A DNA stretch of 64,000 bases from Phoronis australis (lineage: Eukaryota; Animalia; Phoronida), in the NCBI GenBank assembly GCA_002633005.1, contig NMRA01000341.1:415660-479659 (forward strand), in the 5' to 3' direction. Positions 27,710-41,830 of this stretch are shown here, one piece after another. Positions within the stretch are counted from its first letter, which is position 1. Every line of letters begins with the position of its first letter. The translations under genes and the position numbers were made by a program. The notes beneath the pieces were generated by a model, which searched no databases, had not been told where the DNA came from, and saw nothing but the letters and a program-made list of their open reading frames with translations.

Positions 27710-29167
27710 TGCGAATTTCTTACGAAGTCGCCGGAACAGGACACCGTGAATGGTATTGGGAGAAAGAACAATTCTTCATGGTTTGTTGAACCTCTGTTTT
27801 GTGTAAATTTATTGAGTTTTATGTTTGCTATGGACGGCTGAAGTGAAGCACCCGTGGAATTTCTGGTCGGAAGTGTCATACCTTGTAGTATTATATGTAG
27901 TGTATTGGGGACGATCAGAAGCTGAGGACGCCTGTGGTTGTGAGCGGTATAATACAAATGCACAGTGTAAAGGAAAAGCGCTGTATCAGTGCAGCGCATT
28001 TGTTACAAAGTAACAGTAGGTCGCTGTATAGTAGGAACATCAGCTTACTAAGGTGTCGCCCGTATGGAACAGGCATCGTCGAGAAATCAAAAGTACAAGA
28101 CACGACCGAAAAGGGGACCAAAGACAAAATCGAAGTTCGCCGCCTTTTTCGGTTACCGAAGTTGCGTTAAGTACAAAATATAGCACTATCTTCCTTTGTG
28201 ATGACATTAATTTAGGTCACCCCAAAATGAATTATAATCCTGATTCAATGATTTAAATCTTGTTGGATTGAACGTTACATTGCCCGAAGCAACAGGCTGT
28301 CCTGTCTTGTGAACATTTTAGTACATATCTGCCGAAACGAGTTGATTTGAAGCCTTTCAGTAATAGACAGTCGTGAGTTTTGCGTATGAAAACGTTACAT
28401 TATCAATGGCCGCGAACTTGCTTGTCAAATATTCTCGTGTGAGAAACAGTAATGTCTAAGGTTTCCACAATTAGTCGATTTGTAATCAATTCCCGTACTG
28501 GAGCGATCGAATTCGATGTCGATACGCTAAGGCCCATTTCGAGTCGATTCTTAGTTCCAGTTTTCACCGTTAGATGTCTTACGAAGTCACGGCATTTTCG
28601 ATTGTATCTTTTGAAGAATGTTTGTGAGATATTTATAAGAATTAAACAGCTCAGGATCGAACATTAATTGGAATTTTATCATACTGAACAATTTTCATCT
28701 GAACTTTTCGAAAATACAATGTTGTTGCTGCTAAGGTATACAACGTAGTCACAGATTTGCAGACAGCACATCTTCGGGGTCTTCGCTTAGGTCGAGGCAA
28801 GGCATGGACCGTTTCAGAAAATGAATTGATTTGCCAAACATGAATCGAATCGAAAATAACCGAATTCCTGCTAAAAAGAATGAAATCGAATCCAATTCCT
28901 AAAAATTTACACCGTCTCACCCTCAGCTATACCTTTTTATGTTTAGGCCGAAAACCAAAGGAAAACAATGTCATTGTGACAAAAATGGCAACGAAACTTG
29001 ATACACAAAGATAAACCCCCAACTAAAGTGTAGGGCAACTTTATCACAAATGGGTACCTTTTCAAAACTCTTAACTATCGGTCACTCATTTACATAAATC
29101 TCTTGTCCAGCGTTTTCTTTCTTTGCCAATTTCCATGATTGAAAAGTATTGGGGACATAACACACCT

Positions 29168-30111
29168 TAGGCAATGGCCATCGCCTCTGTTGGCCTGACC
29201 AGGGGCGATGCAGCTCCTATAGGCGCTCCATACGCCGGAAGCTTTCCGGCGAATTATGCCTCGCACCGACTAAAACATCAAAGTCACGTTGTTATAAATA
29301 CCTTTTGCGCATAGAGGAACACCTTAGATGTGATTAATTCCTTCCAACTCTAACAAATACTCCCGTTATCAAACTTTTTCTTCGAGCAGTCCCTATTTCA
29401 GTTCCCAAAATCGTGAACTCATCATTTACTCGGCGCACGCCAAAATTGAGATATGACCTCGTTCTTTTAACCAGGCCGAAGGTCAGAAGTTGCGGTCCTA
29501 CCGGCAAACTTTGAAAGCTGACGTCCCCGCCCTCTGCGTACGTGCTGCCGGGAACCAGTCGTGCATTTGCCTTGTTAGACATTAAAATGTCAAATATGTG
29601 CACAAAGACTATTAAATGTCATATCAACAGCATTTATTTTTATCAAATACAAACCATAATTCATTGAAATACAATCAGTTTCAAGTAAAGCCAGTTAAAG
29701 ACAAGTAGTGGTGGCATTTTGGAAACGAACATTTGACTGACAAGACCGCAGTGGTTCACCTTTGGCCTGTTTAAAGAAAGAGGTCATAAAGTCACATCAC
29801 CTAGCGAGCGCGGTAAAAATTGGAGCGTGCGCAGTATAAAAATGGTGAGTTCACGATTTTGGGAACTGAACGAGTGACTGCTCGAACAAAAAGTTCGACA
29901 ACGGAAGTATCTGTTCGAGTTGGAAGGTGAATTAAACACACCGACAACCTCCTAAGGTATCCATCTATGCGCAAAAGATATTCATAACAACGTGACTTTC
30001 ATGCTTTAGCCAGTGCGAGGCATAATTCGCAGAAAAGCTTCCGGCGTATGGAGCGCCTATAGGAGCTGCATCGCCTCTGGTCGGGCAAACAGAGGCGATG
30101 ATCATTGCCTA
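29168..30111. mobile_element. Non-autonomous Mutator/MULE-like foldback element
   Basis: TAGGCAATG...CATTGCCTA ends, ~280-bp imperfect TIRs, perfect 9-bp TSD aacacacct at 29159-29167 and 30112-30120. Confidence 0.88.
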
Positions 30112-31709
30112 AACACACCTGCGACACCTCCCAGAAGTTACCCCCTCACGGTAGTGAGGGAGGTTTGCACACCCTTGTGAATGACTGCAGGCTATCGGTA
30201 CTTGTTCCGTGTAAGAGATGCAGTGGTCACTCGCAATGAGTGGTGACGCACTACCGGTATACATGTTCTGCGTTTGTGACGACTGTCCGAGTTCCATCGA
30301 TTGTGTGACCTGATCTTTACTTGTGTGAGAAGTTGGCGTTTTACAGGAAGTGGCGCACGCGCTATATTTACCAGAATTTCACTTTCTAGACATCACTTGA
30401 CGATGACACTTCAACCTTCAACTTCAAATGACATTTTAACTATATTTTGGTGATTTCAACCAAACCACATTCTGCCACGTGCTAATGCACCATTGGCGTC
30501 CCACCTGAGTTCATATCAAGGCTGCTTTCAAATAAAAACTCATACTTTATTTGGCACAGATAAGATGTTATGGTTCTTGTGGGTGGTCTTTCCCCACAGG
30601 TGTGTAACTCCCTAAAGCGTAGGTCACGCTTGCCCTTTTGGTATTCTTTGTAATCAATTTTCAAACATTGCTCAGAACAATTAAGGGTTGTCAAGAGTCA
30701 CAGTGCATTATCTTGTTTTAGAGAACTATAGATCGGAACATTCTTTTTAATATCTATTAATAGGCCAAAACCTGGTTTGATACCCTTTCAAGACAAATGC
30801 TTGTTGTTGTATAAGCCAGATTTTTGTTTTTTTAACACGACTTATATCATTTGCAACAATCACTCATGTCACGAAAAACATCCCGATGAATTTTCTAAGG
30901 TACAGGCTAACTGGTGCGCTCGATCCTATCTACATGTAGCAATAGATCTACGAAGTGGAGGCGGCCTTTCGCGACACATCATTAAAGTCCCTAAATAAAA
31001 GTCTTCTGCTGATATTTATTGATTATATGTGATCCATTTAGAAGTCATTAATTATAAATAGGATCCTAAAAATAAATGCTATAAATCATTTATAACCTTG
31101 ACCTTGGACCGAGGTCTGTGCAGAGGCGTGTTATTGGAAAGACGCATGCAATGAAACCTATATGTTATTTCAATTCTCGCGTGACTTAATTTTTGATTGA
31201 TAACACCATTTAGTAGAAGCTGAGTGGAAACACAAGCTTAGCGGCTGCATTTAAAAATAACAGCGATGAGACTGACACTTTCTTTCTTCACTTTTTAGGA
31301 CTTGGACGCATGCACATCCTTGCAATTTACTCATGATACTGGCATGCATACTTATTTCATCCTTTGAAGACACGGTGTTAATACTATTATCGGAATTATC
31401 CTGGAGTTTGTCGTTGACCTGGATTTCATATTTACTTCACGCGAAATCAAGGCCGAAAAGTCTCCTGAAATGCGTTCTTAGTTTTACACAAACTATTAAT
31501 TGCAGCACACGCTTTGCCTGGCGAAAGACGGACTCACTGATGTCGGTAATGAATTAATGGTAGGCGTATACATATAAGCCACTACACTTAACGGTATAAT
31601 TTGGGAAGTAGTCAGAAACACCCGTGAAAACCGAACCTTTTAACAGCTCAATAGCTACGCAATGTGTGCCATGTATTTAAGTTGAATGGTCCAGGCACAT
31701 TCTCAAACT

Positions 31710-31785
31710 CAGGCTACCCGAACAACACTGTTCACCAACTCACATTATTTGATATGTGCACGAGCCGTGTTGTTCAAGTAGCCTG
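31710..31785. repeat. Short 19-bp-arm inverted repeat
   Basis: caggctacccgaacaacac / gtgttgttcaagtagcctg. Confidence 0.55.
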
Positions 31786-34700
31786 CGGCCGTTAATCAGT
31801 AGACGACTTTGAGGTACTGAATGTGTTGTGCTGCCATCCACAGATATTTTGAATCGACAAGTGGAGAATGATAAATATCAGTAAGTGCGTTTGGTCTAAA
31901 ACTGACCTGGAGCTGTAATCTAATCTGTGTAGGCCCCACTCGAAGTCGAAATTATTTGTTTGCATTTTTCTGTTTTATTTTTGTGCGAACTCAAGATAAT
32001 TGTCCATTTTGAGCTTGAAAACACCATATAATCTGCGTGGATTACTGTCTAGTTTGAACCCAATGGTCACCAAACTTCGAATCTCTACTCGAAATCTCAA
32101 GTTTTTACTGGAAATCAGTCTAGTTTTAATCAAGTACATAGCTCGAATGTAAGGGTCACCACGTGCGAATCTGTAGTAAATACTCACCGCCGTAAACAAT
32201 AATATACTCGGACGGTGACGATCGTTTACCTTGAGTTTGCAGAAACGCAGAATATTAAATGCAACATAGATTTTGAGCACAATGATTAGACCCCAAAAAC
32301 TGATGTCTTGTCTGCGAATGACGTCATATGCTATTTGTCCCACATTTCTATAATTATGCAGATGTCGCTATATGATCAAGGTAAATTAGTGAGCTGGTGG
32401 GTCACGTTCTTCATCCCATTGCAAGTTTGCTGGATATATTTTTGGAACAATTGCAGGATGATATCTTTAATACAGAATGAATTGCATACATGCATACATG
32501 TAGTCTTTGATGAGACGTTAACCGTTCACGAAGTTTTTACCATAAGGAAATTAAATTATTGATTTATTTACAGCATTTTACTCGATTTTGTCTTTAAACA
32601 CAGCATTACAACGTTACACTGAAGTACTTCCTGGATCAAGTTATAAAATGAATTGATCCAGCGTGGTAAGTAGCAACAGCCACTCAAGCACCAATAGAAT
32701 ATTTACCGGCTGTTCAGCCGACGTTCTACGACACGCTACTAGGTGACACAGTGCGAAGACAGTGGCAAAATGAACACATCATTATTCTAAACAATCAAAT
32801 TTTACCTAGTCTAATTTTAGACGATTGAAGGAATTATTAACCATTGAGCATATCAAATGGGATACTTTAAAATCAGCAGCTGTCTTCAGCATACAACGAC
32901 TGGAAACACTCCTTCTATTTAATAACACTTTCGTAAATAAATAGAATATGCTGACACCACGTAAAACCTAATCGCGACAAAACAAGATGATTTGAAACGA
33001 TAGAAAAATACCTTTATACGCAAATGCTTTTCTCGGGAAGTTACACCTGTCGGAAATTGAAACTGTCATGTTAAAAGCAGACGCCGTTAACTTTTAAAGG
33101 CTAATAAAGTAATCCGTTTGATTTATGTATTTAATATTGCCCACGCAAGAAAGGTTTGGTTGACACTTCAGTTCCCAGGATAAATTCGTCTAATAACAAC
33201 TGATTATCCTCCTCCACGTCTGTAATCTGAAAACTGACACTTACTCGCTAAAACCTAACTCAGGTTTCCCGGGCTCACAGCATAACCTTGGCAGTGTTCC
33301 CATAGGCGTAAGAACCCAACGACGCCATAATTGAAATGGGCCCCTTCCCCCACTAAACAGGGACGTAGGAACCGCGTGGATGACGTGGAAGAGTACATGT
33401 AAGTGCACCAGGCGCGAGACTGAAACTGTCGTGGTCACCGGCATAGCGATGGTCACCGGCATAGTGTGGCCAACGGCGTGGGGTTGGGGGGTTTGTGGGG
33501 AAGGCAGACGGAATTGAGAAAAGAAAGACACTGCGAAAGAAGTGGAATAGAGAACAGCTTAGAGACCAGTGCCGGGTCCTGGCTGCTCCAGTATTAAAAA
33601 ATGTCGTTTCGCCTGCGCTCACTTCAGTAAAATGTACTCCTTTCATACCTATCTCATGGAAAAGTCAGAGAAAACTTTGTTATGCATATGTTTTCCAGAC
33701 CAAATTGATTCTAAAGACAATTCTTAGAAATGCTGTATTCAGGGACACCCTCTGGCACGGGATATTGGAATATCTGTCGCTTGCTTTTTCTACTTTTTAA
33801 ATAGTCTGTTGTTTTATGTAAATCCCAGCACTTGGAGGGGGTCCGCTGATAACACCTATGACTACATTTTCTTGTTTTATTGATATGTCTAAAAACTTTG
33901 GAGCCACTCCCGGAGGGGATAGCAGTGATGGGATCACGATTAGTTACATCTCTTTCCCTGTATTTTGTCAAGTCATACATAACGTAGTTTGTTAAGGAAG
34001 CTACCTCGACAGCAAAAGAAGCGTAACCCGATAATGGAATCAACCGTCAATCTTTTATCCAATAATTCTAAAAGTTATAACTTTTTGGGCAGCATGGCTT
34101 TCATATCAAGCAACCACTTCTCGAGTGGGGGAGGTCCGGTGCAATGGCGTATTTGCACCATATAAATCTAGTAGAATAAACTTTTTGAGAGATGAAGTGA
34201 AAAAAATTCAAATTGGCCATGGAAACCACAGAATATGTTTATTGGAAGCACAGCAGCATCAATAAATTGGGATCAAACACCCTTAAACGTGAGATCACTC
34301 TCCAAAAAAAACAAAACAAAACAAAATAGTATTGACTGGAATCAAATGAATAAAGATCTTGGACCACTATTTGTGAATTACAAAACCAAAATTCAGGTCC
34401 CTTTCATAACGATACAAGTGTCGGTCCTTTTTCAAAATAGATGCAACAATAGTATTTCTTTTGGAGGTCGTTATTAGGAAAACATTTTTAATGAAGACGG
34501 AGTTGTGCTCACGAAACTCAACGTTTTAGGTTTTTGATGACGGCGCATTGCACACAAGTCTAACGAATTAATGTGGTCAAAATGCATTTGCTGGCAATCG
34601 TAAACAAACAGTTCTGAGATATTTTGGAGTGCAAATTTAACTCATCAACCGTGACTGGTATAAATCAAAATCCTAGTTAAAACGAATAGATTCCAAAAAT

Positions 34701-36879
34701 TTCTTGAGGAGGGCCCCAAATCCCCGGTGGTACACTCCGTCTCCCGTGCTGTCCCAGTTGCTTGTCACAGGTGGATGTACGATGTATTTACCAAAACTCC
34801 ATCGGGTATTGCGTAAAATCTCTCACTGTAAACAACGGATTCGAAAATGTCTTAAAACTGAACAACCGGCTGTCCATCTAGAAATCGTATGACTCTAGTT
34901 TCATGTTGTGTTGGCGCGTCATGTCCCAACATATCAGGGATATTTCCAGAATGTCTATGTACGAAAAACGATAGGTTCATAGACGATTGTTTACTGTACA
35001 GTATAATAAGCTAGTCTAGGTAAGAAACTGACGATGCTTCATTGAACTTTGATGCAAGCTGAAATTCATGAAAGATCTCCATCCCTCCTTCCCAATATCA
35101 AAGTGATGGTTTTTGCAAATATGAAATATCCTTCTAAGAATTTTGACGTACATGTATCATGATGAGATTTGGGCAGTTAATTTACTTGTGGGCGCCCGGG
35201 GAGTCAGCCAATAAAACCCAGGAGCCTCTTTTCCTCACGGGATTTTGAAGCAGCTCATTAAGCAGTAATTCAGGGACACCACGAATGGATACTTTCAAAG
35301 TGTACCCTGATAAAGAGAATATTTACCTTAGGCCTCGTTTTTACTCTCTGAAATAGACGTAACTATGAGACGAAGTTTCTGACACGATGTTCCATCTACA
35401 CTGTGCTCATTCCGAGGGGAAATGGTTTCTCCCCGCATTTCTCCGGATTTCGCAGCTCGCGTTAATGGTTTCTTTCGTTACTTTTGTACCCATTTGAGAA
35501 TGAGTTTGGCACCACATCTTTCTGGTATCTTTTATAATTTATTAAAAGATACCACCTTAAGAAAAAAAACATGTCCTAACTGCACAACCGCGTAACATAC
35601 TCAGGTTTACTAAGTGACCATTCCTCACGAAATATAGTGTGAATACCCAAGTTTCTGACAGGCTCGGCTGCCTCTGTGGGAATATCTCTGAAACAGCCAC
35701 TGAAACTGTGTATTGGAGTATACATGTACTAAAACTTGTGTCCACAAAGGCGCAGATGGAGGTAAAACGTGTATCGATTGGGGATGAAGGGGTGTGAAAT
35801 GAGAGTCCATAACTGGAAAACTGGAGTGGACCGAGTCTGGTGTACATGTAGGATTGCTCTCACCATTGTTTTGCGCTCCACCCAATAACTTCCATCGTTC
35901 ACGTAAGTCTCTTGCGTCTACGGAAGGGCATGCGTACCTGTTTAAAGGACGTCATTTTTACGGCCGAAAACGCATTTCGAGAATACTGTTGGATTGAATA
36001 GACTTCTTGAAGCTATATTATACTTTGACTAGAGCTATAAAGCAATAAAATCCGTTGTGCTTCGTGATTTTATTGCAAATTGCCAGTTCCCGCCGTTGTC
36101 AGCCAGACATTCACTGAAATCGAGACCAACTAGTGGAGTTAGCATCGTCAGCAGAATGTTTGGAGCGACCGCGAAGGTTCGTTGATCGAATCCGCGCATG
36201 GGCTGAAAAACGATGTTGCGTAGTTAAAAAGCAACAACTTTCTCAGAGAGAGTACAGGCATATGTTTCCTCTTCGAAAACAATTTAATAGTAGCGATGCC
36301 GTCACATTTTTATGTGAATTTCAACAACTGTTCTGTGATTTTCGCTGGAGAGTTACATGTAACAGGATTGAAGAAACAGCAATAAGTTTTGCACAGATTA
36401 TACATTTTATTGAAAGTAATTTTGTGATTGCAAAATAGTTCACAAAAAGTGGTCCGCGAGAAATTTCGAAGTTCGGCGCATTCATAAAGAGAAAGTTTAG
36501 TGATCTTGATAGAGAGAAGATATGTCATTATTATAATATTGAATAGATGGAATCAAAAATACAGTGTCTTCTCGAGTGTAATATGTATTCAAATTTTGAT
36601 AAGGTGTGCGAAAAAGTATGCAGGGACTACATTAATGACGTCATAGGTCATCAGGTCAACACTAATGACAACAGAAATATACGAATATTTGTCGTCTGCT
36701 CTGTCAAAATGGCTGATAAATTCATTGAAGGAAGTTTCAGTGACCTACCTAAAGGCGGGGGGCAGGGAGCGGGGGGTGAACAGCCCCGGGTAATATCCTA
36801 TTAGGGGTCTTACTCTAAACTATCACGCCCTTGGCAACGGCTAAAGATGACAAAAACGTAGTCCTTTTATCTTACACTG

Positions 36880-37530
36880 ACTATAGGAATAGTGTTATAT
36901 CATCAAGTGTCACTCAAGAAATCCCTCGTGAGTACCGCTGATGGTACCAATATTCTAAAGGCATGCCTGTTTTGGTGTGTTCGTGCAGGGTTTGGCGCAC
37001 AGGTTTGGCAACCGTAATGTAATGCATGTGGCGACCAGACTGTTCAACTTTCTCTACTTACTCTTACATTGTAGCAACTCGCGCAATAATACGGGGTCAA
37101 CAGTGTTTTTTCAATGTCACAATTTTGCTGTGCAAGCCGTAACTTCACGTTCAATCTCCTCAAAAATGCCAAAACACAAGGAATTGGTAGCAGCCGTCGA
37201 CAAACCAAACAAAAATGGCGAGACAGTGCAGAGACTGTTGGATGTAACTTTGTTTTTGGCAATGCAAAACTGACTATTCCGAGGCCACCCTGAGTACGAC
37301 CCGTCCTCGAACAGGGGCAATTTTTAGAACTCCACACAATGTTATCAAACTCTATTTGGTGACGTTGGCCGGGAGCAATGTGTCTCCTCAGATACAGAAT
37401 GAATTTATGTTCGATCATGTAAGGGGAAAATACTGAACGAAATTACATGTAAGTCAGCCGAATACTAGGGAATGATGTTTGACAGTAAACCTGACGAAAC
37501 CCACGTAGACCAAATATTGTAAATCATCAT
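36880..37530 (+). pseudogene. hAT transposase remnant, N-terminal DUF4371/ZMYM1-like region
   Basis: RLLDVTLFLAMQN*LFRG...NRGNFLEL, SPQIQNEF and GMMFDSKPDETHVDQI motifs with stops and frameshifts. Confidence 0.8.
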
Positions 37531-38152
37531 GCGTGGAAATGGGGCTATTTGGAAAATCTACAATAACTAGAGGGCGTGCGTGTACTAGTGGTGATAGATT
37601 AACAACCTCGATTTCGCGAGCCCTTTAAATACATGTACATGTACATGGTGAAATGGTTTGTAGCCGTGCCAACTGAATCTGAGATTGCGTAAAAAGGGTG
37701 CTTCTAAGAGAGGAAGTAAGCAGACCTCATACAAAGGTAAGGTTTGTGATTATTTTAACGCTGATTCCATGATTATTCTACCGATGCCTGTTAACTGAGG
37801 TACTCGCCGCAGTCACCAGTCGGGTTAATCTTTGTTTGTTGTGATATGTGATACGATACTTGACGTAGCAATCGGGATCTTTTCGTACATCAAAGCATTA
37901 TTATTGTTTGGAATGATTTCTAACAGTTTATCAGTGAAAGTGACATCAATCAATGCTGAATGTTTATGCTGTCAACTCGATACAGGTTAATGAGTTAAGA
38001 TTACAATCCAAGCCCAATGGCAAAGGGTACATGAGTGACAAATATTGCATTAGACTATTTGTTTACTCCCTATCATATGTCTTCTGGAAATCTATTACAC
38101 GTTGTGGATGGAAACCTATCACGTCAGTTTTCACGTAACCATTGGTTTTTAG

Positions 38153-39731
38153 GTTTGAGGGCTTGTACCGTGCAAAGGAGACTGATATGCATCGCTTCTG
38201 CACCGTCCTTGAATGGACAAAAATTGGTTTTCAGCATTTGACTGCAGCTAACCAACAAGATCTTCCCATCCAGTGCAGATCTGTTGTCAAAGCCTACTTT
38301 CAATATTAGAGACAACGAACAAAGCCTTTGAAAAGGAACAACTATTTTCAATTTAAAGAAAGGTATGTAAGTAATTTTGTTAATTTAGTTATTCAGGTCC
38401 TTAGCGGGGGATTGGCATGGGGGGGTTGGGGTTGTAATATTCGGTACAACTGAATGTGTGGAAATAACAGGTAATACATGTTTGAGGAAAAGAGCATGGT
38501 GAGGTAATTCTTAACCTTCACGAAGTCCCTCCAAGTTGATTTCATGAAACTGTTTTGCTACTTGTATCAATTGTAAACCCATGAAAATATTTTACATTTT
38601 CTGAATTCACAGTGACTGAATAGTCTTAACTCATGCCTGGAAATTTGCAAGTCGTTATAACTTCAAATGACTGCCATTTTTGTGAAAATTGCATTTTTGA
38701 TGGTGCCTTTCGATTTGTAATTACTCTTAAACAACAGAAAGATTATCCATCATTTTTAAATGACCCAAGTCTTCATATCTTCTATTAGAAGAAAAATTAA
38801 AAGTCTGAGAAACTTTCCCTCAACCTTAGTCTAGGAGTATGCTTGACAGACCCATGAACCTGTAATCTGAGTTTAAAATTGCTGAAAGTATCAAAATTAA
38901 AAAGGCTTGAAAATGGATAACAAAGGTTTGAAGTTGTCTCAAAAAACTTGTATATTTTGCAGACAAGTGATGCATTTAAAGAATTGTTATGGCTAGGAAA
39001 TGAAAAATAAAGACACAGTTTTATGCAATACTTATTATATATTGTATACACCCTTGGTTTCTGAAAATAGTAATTATTTAATTTTATGTGAAACTGTAGA
39101 GCAGTCACCATATATTTTTGAAAAACAGGGATAACATTTTTGACCCAATCTGGAGTACTTAATTATTCATATTTCAATATTTGTTCCAGGTTCAGTGACA
39201 TTTTAAGGCCACTTCAAGCTGTATCATAGACAAGCATTGTTACTCCGTTCTCTTCCCACAGCACTTCCACACACCAGCAGTGCTGCATGGCACAATGTAC
39301 AAGTCATTGGCCCTGGAGAAATGTGAATCGCAGTACTAAGTTACCATATGACAATGTGCGAGTGGGCTGTCTGTGCATTCAGGCGAACTATATATGACTG
39401 CTACACAAATAAGCCTGGTTGGTGAGGATGCTCTTTCATAGGCAATGGGTCATGTGTGGACAAAGCTTATTTCCTTTCCTGGAAGAAACATGAGGGACTG
39501 AAGCTAAAGAAGACCTAGTGACACTCTGGTCTAGTTCAGGGTCTGATTATGGGCTCAAAACGATTCAAGTGATATGCTGCTGTGTTTACCTTCAAGGGTC
39601 TAATTGTGGATGTTATTGAGGCTGAGTGAGGTTACATGAAAGAAAGCCACGTGTTGAAACTGGACCTTTTTTACAAGCGCTTCTATAGGCCGTTGAAACT
39701 AGATCCCAGTGAAATGAAAGCCAAAAACTGA
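38153..39731 (+). pseudogene. Intron-containing YqaJ/lambda-exonuclease-like gene remnant (exons about 38153-38362 and 39190-39731)
   Basis: (R)FSDIL; TPAVLHGTMYKSLALEKCE; SGLSVHSGELYMTATQISLVGED (degenerate GL.V....YL.ASPDGLVG); LKLKKT..GLVQGL..VFTFKGLIVDVIE..KLDLFYKRF; AG/GT sites present. Confidence 0.68.
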
Positions 39732-39769
39732 GTGACATTAAACTTTCCTTTCAGAAGAAAAGCTTTATA

Positions 39770-40978
39770 CTATTGGTAAAGATTGGTACAGATTATGGGG
39801 AAATGACATTCAGTGACTGCATCATTGTCTTGTTGTATGTTTTCAATTGTAGCTGGCTGGATAAGAATCTGCTATGCACAAGATTCGAGAATAAACAATT
39901 ATCAGTGTATTTAAAAACAAATGGCAAACTTAAAAAGCACAGAAAGAAACAACATTGCGACGGTGTCCATAATCAGGCATATCAGGTGCTTAATTTCTGA
40001 ATTACGTTCAATTCTCTCAGGTTATTGCTGAAGGATTGCTTTTACTTTGTCCAGTGGTAAAATAGATGGTCGGGCGGTTGGTTTCGGTTGTTTTCTCTCA
40101 CCTGTAACAGAATAGTTGGAGAAATATTAACAAATTGTAAAAGAAAAGATAAGACAAAACTACTTTTGTGAGGCAGAACATACTTGACATTTCATCTTCA
40201 TGTTTATGTGTAGAAACTAATAACCTTTGTACCCAAGTCTTATTTAATATCTGAATTAAAATATGTGAAACAGGCTAAAAGTGATTTAACAATGTGTATT
40301 TTTCATGACACTTAAAATGTGCTTCTGAGCTCAAAAAAGTAAAATTCATTCTAGGTGTCAATTTTTTTCCAATGCAATGTTATGACGTATACTGAATTAA
40401 GGCTTATTCATGTTAATTCGATAACTGATCTGGTAGTCCTGGGGGTGGGATCCACGATAAAATAAGGAAACTCACTCATCTAGAGAATTTTATAGGAAAC
40501 AGCATAGTTTTGAAGAGAAACTGCTGTGAAAAAGTCACCCTTGACTTCTGTGCATCACGTACCACACACCTCTTATTTTGGGAGCACTCCCACCCAGGAT
40601 AATATGAATATGTGCTGCTAGTCTACCCGGCATCGGGTGAGTTTCCTAAAAGAAACACTTAGTTCCACTCAATAAACCCGTTATAATTCAGTGGGGTAAG
40701 TGGTGGGGATAACATCACCGAACGATGTTGATAGAAACTGATTGCTAAAAACTTACCAAGTAATGTTGTGTAGTCTCCGAATGGAACGGCATAGCACACA
40801 CGGGGTTTCAGCATCCACACACTTTTTGTCAGTTAGTTGACCCTGTTGACCGCAATTGTCTACGAATATAGTAACCTTAGTTCTTTTGGGAATTTGTGGC
40901 CACCTGTCGAAGACTTTCACCAGGAAAATTAGCAGTAATAAGGCTTAGCGCGACGACGTATTTTCATGAAAATTCCAT
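39770..40978 (-). pseudogene. THAP-domain DDE transposase remnant; THAP split by a phase-1 intron (40102-40756)
   Basis: HKFPKELRLLYS*TIAVNRV..KSVW..RVC...DYTTLLG|ERKQPKPTARPSILP with GTAAGT donor and gttacAG acceptor; weaker DDE-region similarity near 39770-39900. Confidence 0.62.
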
Positions 40979-41084
40979 CTTTTACGAGTTGTTTACATGC
41001 AGACAGCCACGCATGCGCAATTCAATCACCACTAGTACAGCAGCGACACCGCGAGGAGAATTCTCCGAGTAGCCCCATTGACGG

Positions 41085-41830
41085 GTGCAATGCCTCAACT
41101 ACATGTACATGTATGGCAGCAAGTGTTTAAAAGAGTTGTTATTACAAGGTGGAGCGCTCACTGGTTTGGTCAAAGTGCATGGCCACAGACAATTACTGTA
41201 TGCAAAGGTTCTCGAAGCCCTAGAAATACTGTGTGATCCAGATGACAAAAGGTTCTTGGGAATGTCTTCGCATAACAATCGGGGAATGACTTTACGATAG
41301 ATGTACTCTTGGGGCGAAGTAAATGGTACCCAAGAGTACATTTAAACCAAAGACCTATCAGTAAAGGGAATAAAGGGAAATGTTAGAATGCTTGGAAAGA
41401 TTCGCATAAGTTGAATTGCAAAGGAATGCTGCAAATCGTCGATTTGTTCGAAACCATCTAAACCATTCATCAACTCCATCGCAGATTGCCATTAAGACAT
41501 CTGTGATGAAATTTGCTGGTTTTTATGACGTAATATTGTGCATCCGAACCGGCAATCGAAATACCGAGATTGAGAAGGTACTTGGAGTTTCAGGAATCAA
41601 ACTTCTCGAATTTCGTGATATCCTAAAGTTGTTTCGGACAATTTGCGTATCTATAGCCATCTATGAAAGCAGTTTTTCTAAGATAAATCTCATAAAAACG
41701 TATTTGAGATTTAAAAGGGCCCCAAACACAGTTTTCAGAACTTGGAATATTTTCAGTTGAAAGCGAGTTGGCCCGAGACCAAGATTTTAAAGCTGCTATT
41801 GACAAATTCGCGTTTTAGAAAGCTAGGAAA
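41085..41830 (+). pseudogene. hAT transposase remnant including the C-terminal dimerisation domain
   Basis: YAKVLEALEILCDP and LKLFRTICVSIAIYESSFSKINLIKTYLR (hATC-like ERSFSKLKLIKTYLR), ending near ARK. Confidence 0.82.

Larger units (their letters stand above)
37571..41051. mobile_element. Decayed ISL2EU-like (PIF/Harbinger-related) DNA transposon nested in the hAT
   Basis: Inverted terminal core tgtactagtggtgat (37581-37595) / atcaccactagtaca (41025-41039); convergent YqaJ (+) and THAP/DDE (-) remnants; same left end recurs at 51564. Confidence 0.72.

Noticed and set aside
33241-33646. GC-rich segment with splice-like sites and overlapping ORFs
   Set aside because: No recognisable protein in any frame; could be a non-coding exon or TE but unsupported
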